A DNA stretch of 64,000 bases from an uncultured Gammaproteobacteria bacterium (GTDB taxonomy: Bacteria; Patescibacteriota; Microgenomatia; Levybacterales; GWA1-39-11): positions 1,313-65,312 of the forward strand of contig CAYPEN010000001.1 of assembly GCA_964409875.1 (NCBI GenBank), given 5' to 3'. Under the pieces are notes generated by a model. That model saw only the letters and a list, made by a program, of their open reading frames with translations, was not told the origin of the DNA and did not search any database. Positions 50,565 through 58,505 of the stretch are shown here, piece after piece; position 1 is the first letter of the stretch; each line of letters opens with the position of its first letter. Position numbers and translations under genes: made by a program.

Positions 50565-50627
50565 CTATTCTTGGTAAAGAACAAGCTCTGCTTATTCTTG
50601 ACTAAGAACAAGCTCTGCTTATTCTTG
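50565..50627. repeat. 27-bp tandem hairpin units at the rplK stop codon
   Basis: aagaacaagctctgcttattcttg at 50577 and 50604; tattcttg three times with period 27. Confidence 0.9.
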
Positions 50628-51044
50628 TACCTTTATACCCATCGAGCGGGCGGTCCCCTTTACGATTCTCGATGCCATTTCATCGTCTTTTGTATTCAAA
50701 TCGTCCATTTTCTTTCTTGCAACATTCAGAATTTGTTCCTTTGTGAGAGTTGCTGCAACCTCCCGGCCTGGTTTTTGTGAACCTTTCTCAATTTTCAGCT
50801 CCATTTTGATAAGTTCTGACATCGGCGGTTTTTTGACGATGAATGAAAATGTTCTATCTTCATATACCGAAATAACAACAGGGAGTAGAATCCCTTTTTG
50901 ATCTGAGGTTTTGTCATTGAAAGCCTTCACGAATTCCATGATTGGAAGTCCGTGGGGACCAAGAGCGGTACCAACAGGTGGTGCGGGAGTAGCCTCGCCA
51001 CCCTTGATAGCCAATTTTATGTATGTTTTTACCTTTTTTGCCAT
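50619..51044 (-). CDS. rplK: 50S ribosomal protein L11
   Basis: ATPAPPVGTALG, GTARSMG. Confidence 0.97.
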   Translation of the reverse strand: MAKKVKTYIKLAIKGGEATPAPPVGTALGPHGLPIMEFVKAFNDKTSDQKGILLPVVISVYEDRTFSFIVKKPPMSELIKMELKIEKGSQKPGREVAATLTKEQILNVARKKMDDLNTKDDEMASRIVKGTARSMGIKVQE

Positions 51045-51165
51045 ATGTAGCTTATGTAATAAGCGAAATAAAGACTGGCTTCCTTAAAGTTTTGTTTGCG
51101 AAGCAAACTAAACTGAATCTTAATAAGGTGCCTGTGCTTATAAAGTCCTTTTAAAGTTTCAGTGA

Positions 51166-52059
51166 TTATATCTTCGAAACCTGAAGGAAGTCAAGCTCAA
51201 CGGGTGTTTCCCGTCCAAAAATTGAGACAAGTACTTTGACTTTCCCTTTTGCCTCATCAATTGACTCGACAGTTCCCAAAAAGTCTGAGAATGGTCCGTC
51301 TGTGATTTTGACTGCTTCTCCTTGAGTGAATTGCGCTTTGTAAACCGGTTCTTTTTGGCCTACGAATGCGACAATTGCCTGGACTTCATCATCTCTAATA
51401 GGAGTTGGTTTGTTCTGTGCACCTACAAATGAAGTAACACCTGGAGTGGTTCTCACCAAGACCCACGCTTCATCTGACAAATCCATGTTGACCAAAATGT
51501 ATCCGGGGAAGATTTTCTCCTTGATTGTTTCTTTTTTACCTCCACGGACTCGGATAGTGTCTCTCGTTGGAACAAGCGCGTCAAAAATTCTCTCTTCAAA
51601 TCCCATCGCCTGGACTCTTTGCATCAAGGTCTTTGCAACCTTGTTCTCGTGCCCGGAGTAGGTGTGGACGATATACCATTTTCCTCTATATTCTTTTTTG
51701 GGCGTAACGGGTGCTGGTGCGGGAGTTGCCTCTTCTTTGGCCGGCTCTTCCGCAGCTGCTTCCTCTATCATGTCCGTTGCATCTTCGGAAGTTTCCTCTG
51801 CACTTTCTTCGTTTGGGGCGGGGTCGACTACTTCGCTTTCTTCAATAGGCGCCTCAGGCGAATCCTGAATTTCATCAGCTACCGTTTCTTCAGCTTGATT
51901 TTCCTGAGTATCATCAGCCGGTACAGCTGATGCCAGTCCATCTTGCGATTCCGTGTCATCAGCTGGAACAGCTGATGCCATCATGTCATCCAGTGACATT
52001 TCGTCTGTATTATTTTGGTCTAATGTTTCCTCTTGTTTTAATTCGTCTTGTGTGTCCAT
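51166..52059 (-). CDS. nusG: Transcription termination/antitermination factor NusG with an acidic N-terminal extension
   Basis: WYIVHTYSGHE, FPGYILV, KOW (GPFSDFLG), IFGRETPVEL. Confidence 0.95.
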   Translation of the reverse strand: MDTQDELKQEETLDQNNTDEMSLDDMMASAVPADDTESQDGLASAVPADDTQENQAEETVADEIQDSPEAPIEESEVVDPAPNEESAEETSEDATDMIEEAAAEEPAKEEATPAPAPVTPKKEYRGKWYIVHTYSGHENKVAKTLMQRVQAMGFEERIFDALVPTRDTIRVRGGKKETIKEKIFPGYILVNMDLSDEAWVLVRTTPGVTSFVGAQNKPTPIRDDEVQAIVAFVGQKEPVYKAQFTQGEAVKITDGPFSDFLGTVESIDEAKGKVKVLVSIFGRETPVELDFLQVSKI

Positions 52060-52097
52060 AGATTAGTTGTTAGCTATTATCTATTAGCTATTAAATA

Positions 52098-52271
52098 TTA
52101 GCTAATGAGTAATTTTAGGAGTTGGGTGAAGAGCATATCCAAGCCCCCCAAGTAGAGCCCGACACCAACTGAAATTGCAATTACGATAATTGTCAATCGA
52201 ATTGTTTCCGGTCGGGTAGGCCAAGTAACTTTTGCCAACTCAGTCCTTACCTCCTTAATAAAGGTGAACAT
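52098..52271 (-). CDS. secE: Preprotein translocase subunit SecE
   Basis: MFTFIKEVRTELAKVTWPTR...GGLD; directly upstream of nusG; not in the ORF track. Confidence 0.93.
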   Translation of the reverse strand: MFTFIKEVRTELAKVTWPTRPETIRLTIIVIAISVGVGLYLGGLDMLFTQLLKLLIS

Positions 52272-52351
52272 AGCTTTCGATTATACATAAATAAGCTCAA
52301 TATGTAAAGTGTTTGACAATTCACAGTAAGCAATTTAGACTTTACATATAG

Positions 52352-52433
52352 TAATTTTCAATTTTTAATTTTAAATTTTTAAATAAAACATTTTAATATC
52401 ATTGAAAATTATAAATTTAGAATTTAAAATTAG
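52352..52433. repeat. Inverted heptamer hairpin in the galU leader
   Basis: gtaattt-tcaattt-ttaattt-taaattt ... aattata-aatttag-aatttaa-aattag. Confidence 0.7.
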
Positions 52434-52440
52434 TTGATAT

Positions 52441-53337
52441 ATGGCAAAGATTAGAAAAGCTGTAATCCCTGCCGCCGGTTTTGGAACCCGGTTCCTCCCC
52501 CAAACAAAAGCGATGCCTAAAGAAATGCTTCCTATTGTCGATAAGCCGATTGTCCAATATATTGTCGAAGAGCTTGTTGATGCCGGAATTGAGGACATCA
52601 TCATCGTTACGGGTTCCCACAAGAGGACAATTGAAGACCATTTCGACAGGCCTTCGATGGAGTTGGTTGAGAACTTACGGATGGGTGGGGAGAAAAAAAT
52701 GAAATTTTTGGAAGAGGCAGAACGCATCGCGTCGATGGCCAACTTTATTTATGTAAGGCAAAAAGGTCCGTATGGGAATGGAACGCCACTTATGAATGTA
52801 AAATCAATCGTTGGCAACGAACCATTTATCTATACGTGGAGTGATGATTTCATCAAGGCAGAGCCCAAATCCCGCTTCCAACAGATGATTGAGGTATACG
52901 AGAAATATAATTGTTCGGTGCTTGCATCTGTTAAGGCGAAAAGCGATGAGGATTATGACCGTTATGGATTTGCAGGAGGAGAACAAATAGAGGATGGTCT
53001 TATTGATGCTAAAACCATTATTGAAAAGCCAGGAAAGCAAAATGCTCCCTCAGACTTGGCCACGGTAAGCGGTTTCTTGTTAACTCCTGACATATTTGGC
53101 TACTTGGAGCAAGCGCTTAACAATCTTCGTGAAGGTGATGAGTTGTATTACAACGATGCACTAAAACTTATGTTGGGCGATGGGAAGCGGGTTTTGGCGT
53201 ATGAAATAAAAGATGGAAAATACTATGATACGGGTAACAAAATAGAATACATGAAGACAATTGTAGAATTTGCGCTTGCTCATCCGGGGATTAATGGGGA
53301 ATTCAGACAGTTTCTCAAAAGTCTCTCTCTAGACTAA
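52441..53337 (+). CDS. galU: UTP--glucose-1-phosphate uridylyltransferase
   Basis: KAVIPAAGFGTRFLPQTKAMPKEMLPIVDKP; IEKP; YDTG.K. Confidence 0.93.
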   Translation: MAKIRKAVIPAAGFGTRFLPQTKAMPKEMLPIVDKPIVQYIVEELVDAGIEDIIIVTGSHKRTIEDHFDRPSMELVENLRMGGEKKMKFLEEAERIASMANFIYVRQKGPYGNGTPLMNVKSIVGNEPFIYTWSDDFIKAEPKSRFQQMIEVYEKYNCSVLASVKAKSDEDYDRYGFAGGEQIEDGLIDAKTIIEKPGKQNAPSDLATVSGFLLTPDIFGYLEQALNNLREGDELYYNDALKLMLGDGKRVLAYEIKDGKYYDTGNKIEYMKTIVEFALAHPGINGEFRQFLKSLSLD

Positions 53338-53583
53338 GTGCGCAACCATCACTTCCCGCTCTTTTTCTGCTGCAATTCTGTGGGCGACATTCACTGCTAA
53401 AGCTTGTGCGATCCAATCTGTAGCGCTCGAAAGCTCAATGGTCGCGCTAATTACTTCAGGAAGAATATCTTTTACTTCGGGATGAAGACGCTTTGCATCA
53501 AATGCCGCTTTTCGTGCGAAGGGCACCGGGTCTTTCTCCAAGACCTGAATAGGCTCGCAATTATGAGGGAGGAGTTCTTGCAT
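53329..53583 (-). CDS. Small hypothetical protein
   Basis: Preceded on the minus strand by TTGACA-17-TATTAT. Confidence 0.5.
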   Translation of the reverse strand: MQELLPHNCEPIQVLEKDPVPFARKAAFDAKRLHPEVKDILPEVISATIELSSATDWIAQALAVNVAHRIAAEKEREVMVAHLV

Positions 53584-53685
53584 GACCTTAATGCAATAAT
53601 ATTCCTGCTATTTGAACCTGTCAAGCAGGAAATATAGAAGATAATTATTGATAAAATGTGAGTTTGTTTGTAACATATCTCACAT

Positions 53686-54717
53686 ATGTCAGTAGTCTCC
53701 GAGCTTGGTGTTTCCCATGAATTGCCTTCAAGCTCACCGGAGGGTGTGTGGATATTTCCGGCGCAAGGAGACCTCAAGCCCGGAATCGGAAAAGAAGAAT
53801 ATATGACTTCCCCTGCTTTTCGCGCGCTCGTTGATACGGCTGACGAAATCATCGGAGGGGAGAGAAAATTTTCAGAGACAATTTTCGATGACCCCGATGG
53901 GGTTCTTGCTTCCCCTCCCAATGCGCATTTAGCACTCACAATAATTACTCTTGCAAAGCTTGAAATGGGAGTTGAGCAAGGAAAAATAACTGCTGCACCT
54001 ACTTCTATTATCAGTAACAGCGCTGGTGAAGTTGCTGCATTGTACGCTGCCGGCGTCACAAAAACGCTTGAACAAACTCTAAGAATTGCCAAAAAAAGAG
54101 GGGAGCTGACTGAAGAGGCAAGCCGGGGACATGATGTTCTGATGACAACTCTTTTAGCAACGAATGCAAATGTGAACATTTTGGAAAAAGCACAACTCGT
54201 TGTTGATGCTCTTACCGGGCGGGAGCAGGAAAATGAAGGGAAAGATACGGTTGTAATAAGCGGCATCAACTCACCGGTTTCAATTGGCCTTACCGGAGAC
54301 AGAAGGTTGGTGGAAGAAGCAAAGGCTCATTTGAAAGATATATCAAGAAAGCAAAATGATATGGATATGATAAAAATCGCATCCCACTGCGGAATAATGG
54401 AGGATGCTTCAAAAAAGTTTGGGGAATTTCTAAAAGGTGAGGAATTGAACGACCCACTGGTTGAGATGAATATGAATGGGGTAACGGCAAAAACATTAGA
54501 TGAAGTTTTGGAGAGGCTTGAGAAAGGGTTGGTAGAGCCTGTAGATTTTGTATCTTCTGTTGGAAATGTCACGACTGACGGTCAAGCGCCGACATTGTAC
54601 GAATTGTCGACCAAGCAAGTTGACCCTGTAAAAGGTGAAATTACCTCCGTCTGGGGAAGATTTGCGAATGACACGTTAAAGGCACAAGAAAAAGAATTGA
54701 AAGTAGTTGTTATATAG
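53686..54717 (+). CDS. FabD-like acyltransferase (malonyl-CoA:ACP transacylase fold)
   Basis: IFPAQG, SNSAGEVAALYAAG (GHSxG-like), INSP, IASH..M. Confidence 0.75.
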   Translation: MSVVSELGVSHELPSSSPEGVWIFPAQGDLKPGIGKEEYMTSPAFRALVDTADEIIGGERKFSETIFDDPDGVLASPPNAHLALTIITLAKLEMGVEQGKITAAPTSIISNSAGEVAALYAAGVTKTLEQTLRIAKKRGELTEEASRGHDVLMTTLLATNANVNILEKAQLVVDALTGREQENEGKDTVVISGINSPVSIGLTGDRRLVEEAKAHLKDISRKQNDMDMIKIASHCGIMEDASKKFGEFLKGEELNDPLVEMNMNGVTAKTLDEVLERLEKGLVEPVDFVSSVGNVTTDGQAPTLYELSTKQVDPVKGEITSVWGRFANDTLKAQEKELKVVVI

Positions 54718-55534
54718 TATTAACCGTTTTGTGGGGCAGGTACGTTGGTGGGACGATTTTTGTAAATTCATCAAATACGAACCTGTCTATGTTTCCCATC
54801 CCATCAACTTCAAGCTTATTTTTTGCCGCGTGTTCTGAAGACTTCTCAAGTGCCTCACTGAGTGTGAATGTGGGGCCATGATACACATCATAACTTCTGA
54901 AAAAATTAAATCCCTTCCGTTCGCCATAGTCTTCGGTTCCCGGTATACCAAAGGACATCAAATGGATGCCAATATTTGGAGTTTTTCTTGCAGCAATTCT
55001 GAGCAGCCCATTCACACTATCTTCCCCTTGATATTCAAGAGTGGCACGCCTCGTTGCCTGGGGAGCCATGATAACGACTTCGCCGCTTTCAAGGGCTCTC
55101 GTGGCGGCTTTTATATATGGGAGACTTCCGCTACCGACCCGAAGGTCACAGGGTATGCCTTTATCCAGTTCTTTTTGAATTGTTGCCGGGGTAACAACTG
55201 GATACATGTCAACACCCATCCGCTTTCCGACTGGAGGCACCATGCCTCGCACCGTCTGGTGCTTTGCAATTGGTCCGGTTATCTTCGTGTTTTTGAAAAC
55301 TTTTGACCTCATGAACGTATCCATTGCTTGCTCAGGGTCGCGTCTTGAAAAATGAGTGATAAGTGCTAATATTCCATATCCTTCCTGATGCAGTTCTTCA
55401 GCCCGTTGCATGCCATTGGTAACATGGATATTTTCACTAGGTAAAAACCATGGTTCCAGAACTCTTCTTGCAACTTGACGCGCAGCTTTCTGGGAAAAGT
55501 TTATTTCTTGTTGGGGGTTCTCAGGATGAGTCAT
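54710..55534 (-). CDS. PlsC-like lysophospholipid acyltransferase
   Basis: THFSRRD (HxxxxD) and MAPQATR (FPEGTR-like). Confidence 0.65.
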   Translation of the reverse strand: MTHPENPQQEINFSQKAARQVARRVLEPWFLPSENIHVTNGMQRAEELHQEGYGILALITHFSRRDPEQAMDTFMRSKVFKNTKITGPIAKHQTVRGMVPPVGKRMGVDMYPVVTPATIQKELDKGIPCDLRVGSGSLPYIKAATRALESGEVVIMAPQATRRATLEYQGEDSVNGLLRIAARKTPNIGIHLMSFGIPGTEDYGERKGFNFFRSYDVYHGPTFTLSEALEKSSEHAAKNKLEVDGMGNIDRFVFDEFTKIVPPTYLPHKTVNTI

Positions 55535-55609
55535 TAAGTTGTGATTGTATCACATTATAATTACGAGTAAAGAAAATGGAAATATTCAAACTATATAATC
55601 TCATAGTAA

Positions 55610-55771
55610 TTGCGTTTTCCTTCAAAAATTAGTATAATTTGCAGGTTTTGAAATACTCAAACGGTTTGCATGTTTGGGATATTTCACTGCACATTTACAA
55701 CTTGGTTGCTTAAAACAATTTGTAGTCCTATACGGGAATGAAGTATTTTCGTTACCGGACAGGACTACAAA
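55610..55771 (+). promoter_or_regulatory. Islet C promoter and structured leader with boxA-like motif
   Basis: TTGCGT-17-TATAAT; tgcacatttacaa at 55688; tttgtagtcct/aggactacaaa stem. Confidence 0.55.
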
Positions 55772-55806
55772 AAAATCGGTGGAATACCGAATGAAAGGAA
55801 AAAAAG

Positions 55807-56121
55807 TTGGAACCTGATCCTGCTCAAGTATTGCTTGAGTGGAAGAGGCTCGTCAGTGAGGGTAGGCTTCAAGCCGCAGACAAGATGGTCTGGGGATATG
55901 ACTCAGGCACCATTTCCGCAGTAGCGGATCTGTGTTTTGGGGTGGCCTCTGTAAATCCTAAGCTGCGGGACATGTACCAGTGGCTTGGACAGGAAATGCG
56001 CCGGAAGGCGTCTCTCAAGATAAAAGAGGAAAACGGCAAGACCGTGCGCATAAGCACGGCAGAGTACGCCGCGTACCTCCGGATGACTGACACTTCAGGG
56101 ACTCGTTTCGACAAGCCCTAG
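55807..56121 (+). CDS. Hypothetical protein (islet C)
   Basis: TTG start after SD gaaagga. Confidence 0.6.
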   Translation: MEPDPAQVLLEWKRLVSEGRLQAADKMVWGYDSGTISAVADLCFGVASVNPKLRDMYQWLGQEMRRKASLKIKEENGKTVRISTAEYAAYLRMTDTSGTRFDKP

Positions 56122-56180
56122 AGGCAAGCCTCCGCTTCATGCGGAGAGAAACATTCGACCCTCAAAGGGAGGTAAACGAG

Positions 56181-56288
56181 ATGAAATTCTTCGTACTACT
56201 GGTGGCCTGCACGCTTGGTCTCATCCTGCTCATGCGGGAGAAAGACGACGATGGTTACTACCGCGGAGGACCATCTGTTCTCGACTAG
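56181..56288 (+). CDS. 35-aa membrane/secreted peptide (islet C)
   Basis: SD gggaggt; MKFFVLLVACTLGLILLMREKDDDGYYRGGPSVLD. Confidence 0.55.
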   Translation: MKFFVLLVACTLGLILLMREKDDDGYYRGGPSVLD

Positions 56289-56340
56289 CCCCGTGCACCG
56301 CGCGGGAGAAACATTCGACCTAAGCTCACGGGGAGGTATC

Positions 56341-56676
56341 GTGTCAGACAAAACCAACAGTCAACGGCTCGCACAGCGGGCGGTTGACCTTCGTTTCCGA
56401 CAGGCTCTCATCGAGCATGGAGCGTTCCGGTACGGAGTAACCGTACTTGAGTACGGAAGCGTAGAGCTCTCGGAGCAATACGTGACAAGAGAGGGTGCAC
56501 GTCGTGCCCTCAGGGTTGCTATCGTCAGCGACAAGGTATCTATACACGCCTACAATGGCCTGCGCGTCGTGCCGGTCGAGGATGAAAGCGGCCATCAGCC
56601 GGCCCAGACGATGGGCATCACCGGGGAGGTCGACTTTGACCTTAGCGTTCACTCAGTGCGGTTTGCAACCCACTAA
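56341..56676 (+). CDS. Hypothetical protein (islet C)
   Basis: GTG start after SD ggggaggt. Confidence 0.6.
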   Translation: MSDKTNSQRLAQRAVDLRFRQALIEHGAFRYGVTVLEYGSVELSEQYVTREGARRALRVAIVSDKVSIHAYNGLRVVPVEDESGHQPAQTMGITGEVDFDLSVHSVRFATH

Positions 56677-56691
56677 CAGCAACCAAGTCCA

Positions 56692-56716
56692 GGGGGCGCG
56701 ACTCATTCGCGCCCCC
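56692..56716 (+). terminator. GC-rich hairpin closing islet C
   Basis: gggggcgcga-ctcat-tcgcgccccc. Confidence 0.6.
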
Positions 56717-56773
56717 GCCATCACTTCTACATCCTTCTTGAGTTCAAGACCTCATTCGTTTAAACTTACACAT

Positions 56774-58504
56774 ATGAATATTGTTAATGAGATTGGCAGT
56801 GAATTAGTTCATATAGCGCGAGAAATTTGCGGTGACGGATTGGAATTTGATGTTTCCTTTACATCAGATCTTTCGAAAGGAGATATAGCTTCAAATATTG
56901 CCCTTATCCATTTTAAAAAACTTGGGTTTCAAAACCCTAGAGAGGCAGCCGAAAAAATTAAAGGAATATATGAGGAAATGGGTGATCCTTGTATTAAAAA
57001 GATAGAAGTTGCAGGCCCAGGCTTTATTAATTTCTTTTTGAGCTCAAAATACCTCTCGCAAATGCTTCAAGAAATTGTTCAGAGTAACGGGTTGCAGGAA
57101 AGTTTGAATAAAAATAATCCGCAAAAAGTTATCGTCGAATTCGGCGACCCAAATCCATTCAAAGAAATCCACATAGGGCATTTGAGAAACTTTTCTATTG
57201 GGGAGAGTTTTTCAAGACTCCTTGAGGCACATGGTAACACTGTGATAAGAGCAAATTATCAGGGGGACGTTGGTCTTCATGTTGCAAAGGCAATGTGGGG
57301 ACTTTTGAAGCGCGAAGAGAAATTCTTGGACGAAAGTTTGGGTGAGGAAGAAAAGGTAAAAATTTTGGCCGAATCGTATGTTGAGGGGGCAACGGAGTTT
57401 GAAAATAATGAAGAGGCAAAGAAGGAAATTATCGAAATCAACAAGAAAATATATAGTGATGATGAAAGTTTGCATGCTCTTTGGGAAGAAGGGAGAAAAG
57501 TCAGTCTTGAGCATTTTGAAGAATTGTACAAAAGAATTGGTATAAGCTACGACAAGTATTATTTCGAGTCGGTTACGGCAAAAAAAGGGAAGGAAGTTGT
57601 TCTGTCCCACATTGAGGATGGAGTTTTTGAAAAAGACGACGGGGCGGTTATTTATCGGGGTGAAAAGGATGGACTTCACACAAGAGTCTTTCTGACCTCC
57701 CAAGACTACGCAACTTATGAGGGGAAAGACTTGGCTTTGGCAATTCTTAAAAACGAAGATGAACCGTGTGATGAATCCGTCATTTTGACAGGTAACGAGC
57801 AATTAGAATATTTTCAGGTGATGCTCGCAGCACTTAAGAGAATTGCGCCTGAATTGGCTCAGAAAACCAGGCATTTAACTTTCGGGCATGTAAGGCTCAA
57901 AGAAGGGAAAATGTCTTCAAGAACCGGGGACGTCATAACCGCTTCTTGGCTGCTGGATGAGGCTGTTTCACAAGTCAAGAAAGCATTTCCGGAGATGGAT
58001 GAAGGAACCGCTGAAAAGGTTGGGGTAGGGGCGGTTAAATATTCAATGTTGAGGTTTTCCATCCCTTCTGACATTCACTTTTCTTTCGAGGAGTCCATAT
58101 CTTTGGAGGGGAATTCGGGTCCATATTTGCAGTATTCTTATGTGAGGACACAAAGTGTTCTTGCTAAAGCAAATGCTCAATGGCCAATAGCTAATAGCCA
58201 AAATGATCTGGAAAATTTTAGCTATCAACTATCAGCTATAAGTTATAATGATGAAGAAAGTCAGCTGCTTCGATATCTTGCTCAGTTTCCTTTCCACTTG
58301 GAGCAGGCGGCAAATGAATTTGCACCGAATTTGATATGCAATTATCTCTTTGAGCTTGCCCAGAAATTCAACCTTTTTTATCAGAAGCACAAAATAATAG
58401 GAAGCGAAAATGAAGCATTTAGACTTTCTCTTACAAAGGCAGTAGGACAAGTTCTTCAAAACGGCCTCAAAATCCTCGGAATTGAAACGGTTGAGAGGAT
58501 GTAG
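56774..58504 (+). CDS. argS: Arginine--tRNA ligase
   Basis: AGPGFINF, PNPFKEIHIGHLRN (HIGH), KMSSRTG, GNSGPYLQY; start moved to ATG 56774. Confidence 0.95.
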   Translation: MNIVNEIGSELVHIAREICGDGLEFDVSFTSDLSKGDIASNIALIHFKKLGFQNPREAAEKIKGIYEEMGDPCIKKIEVAGPGFINFFLSSKYLSQMLQEIVQSNGLQESLNKNNPQKVIVEFGDPNPFKEIHIGHLRNFSIGESFSRLLEAHGNTVIRANYQGDVGLHVAKAMWGLLKREEKFLDESLGEEEKVKILAESYVEGATEFENNEEAKKEIIEINKKIYSDDESLHALWEEGRKVSLEHFEELYKRIGISYDKYYFESVTAKKGKEVVLSHIEDGVFEKDDGAVIYRGEKDGLHTRVFLTSQDYATYEGKDLALAILKNEDEPCDESVILTGNEQLEYFQVMLAALKRIAPELAQKTRHLTFGHVRLKEGKMSSRTGDVITASWLLDEAVSQVKKAFPEMDEGTAEKVGVGAVKYSMLRFSIPSDIHFSFEESISLEGNSGPYLQYSYVRTQSVLAKANAQWPIANSQNDLENFSYQLSAISYNDEESQLLRYLAQFPFHLEQAANEFAPNLICNYLFELAQKFNLFYQKHKIIGSENEAFRLSLTKAVGQVLQNGLKILGIETVERM

Positions 58505-58505
58505 C

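Noticed and set aside
51050-51165. Another TAA/TTG cassette between nusG and rplK (aaactttaa repeated around a gtttgc-ttc-gcaaac hairpin)
   Set aside because: No clear TTG half-site or duplicated gene end; it may simply be an operon leader structure.
56495-56773. N-terminal extension of ArgRS (similarly glpX 22262-22501)
   Set aside because: It overlaps another ORF and a hairpin; -10 boxes sit just before the internal ATGs.
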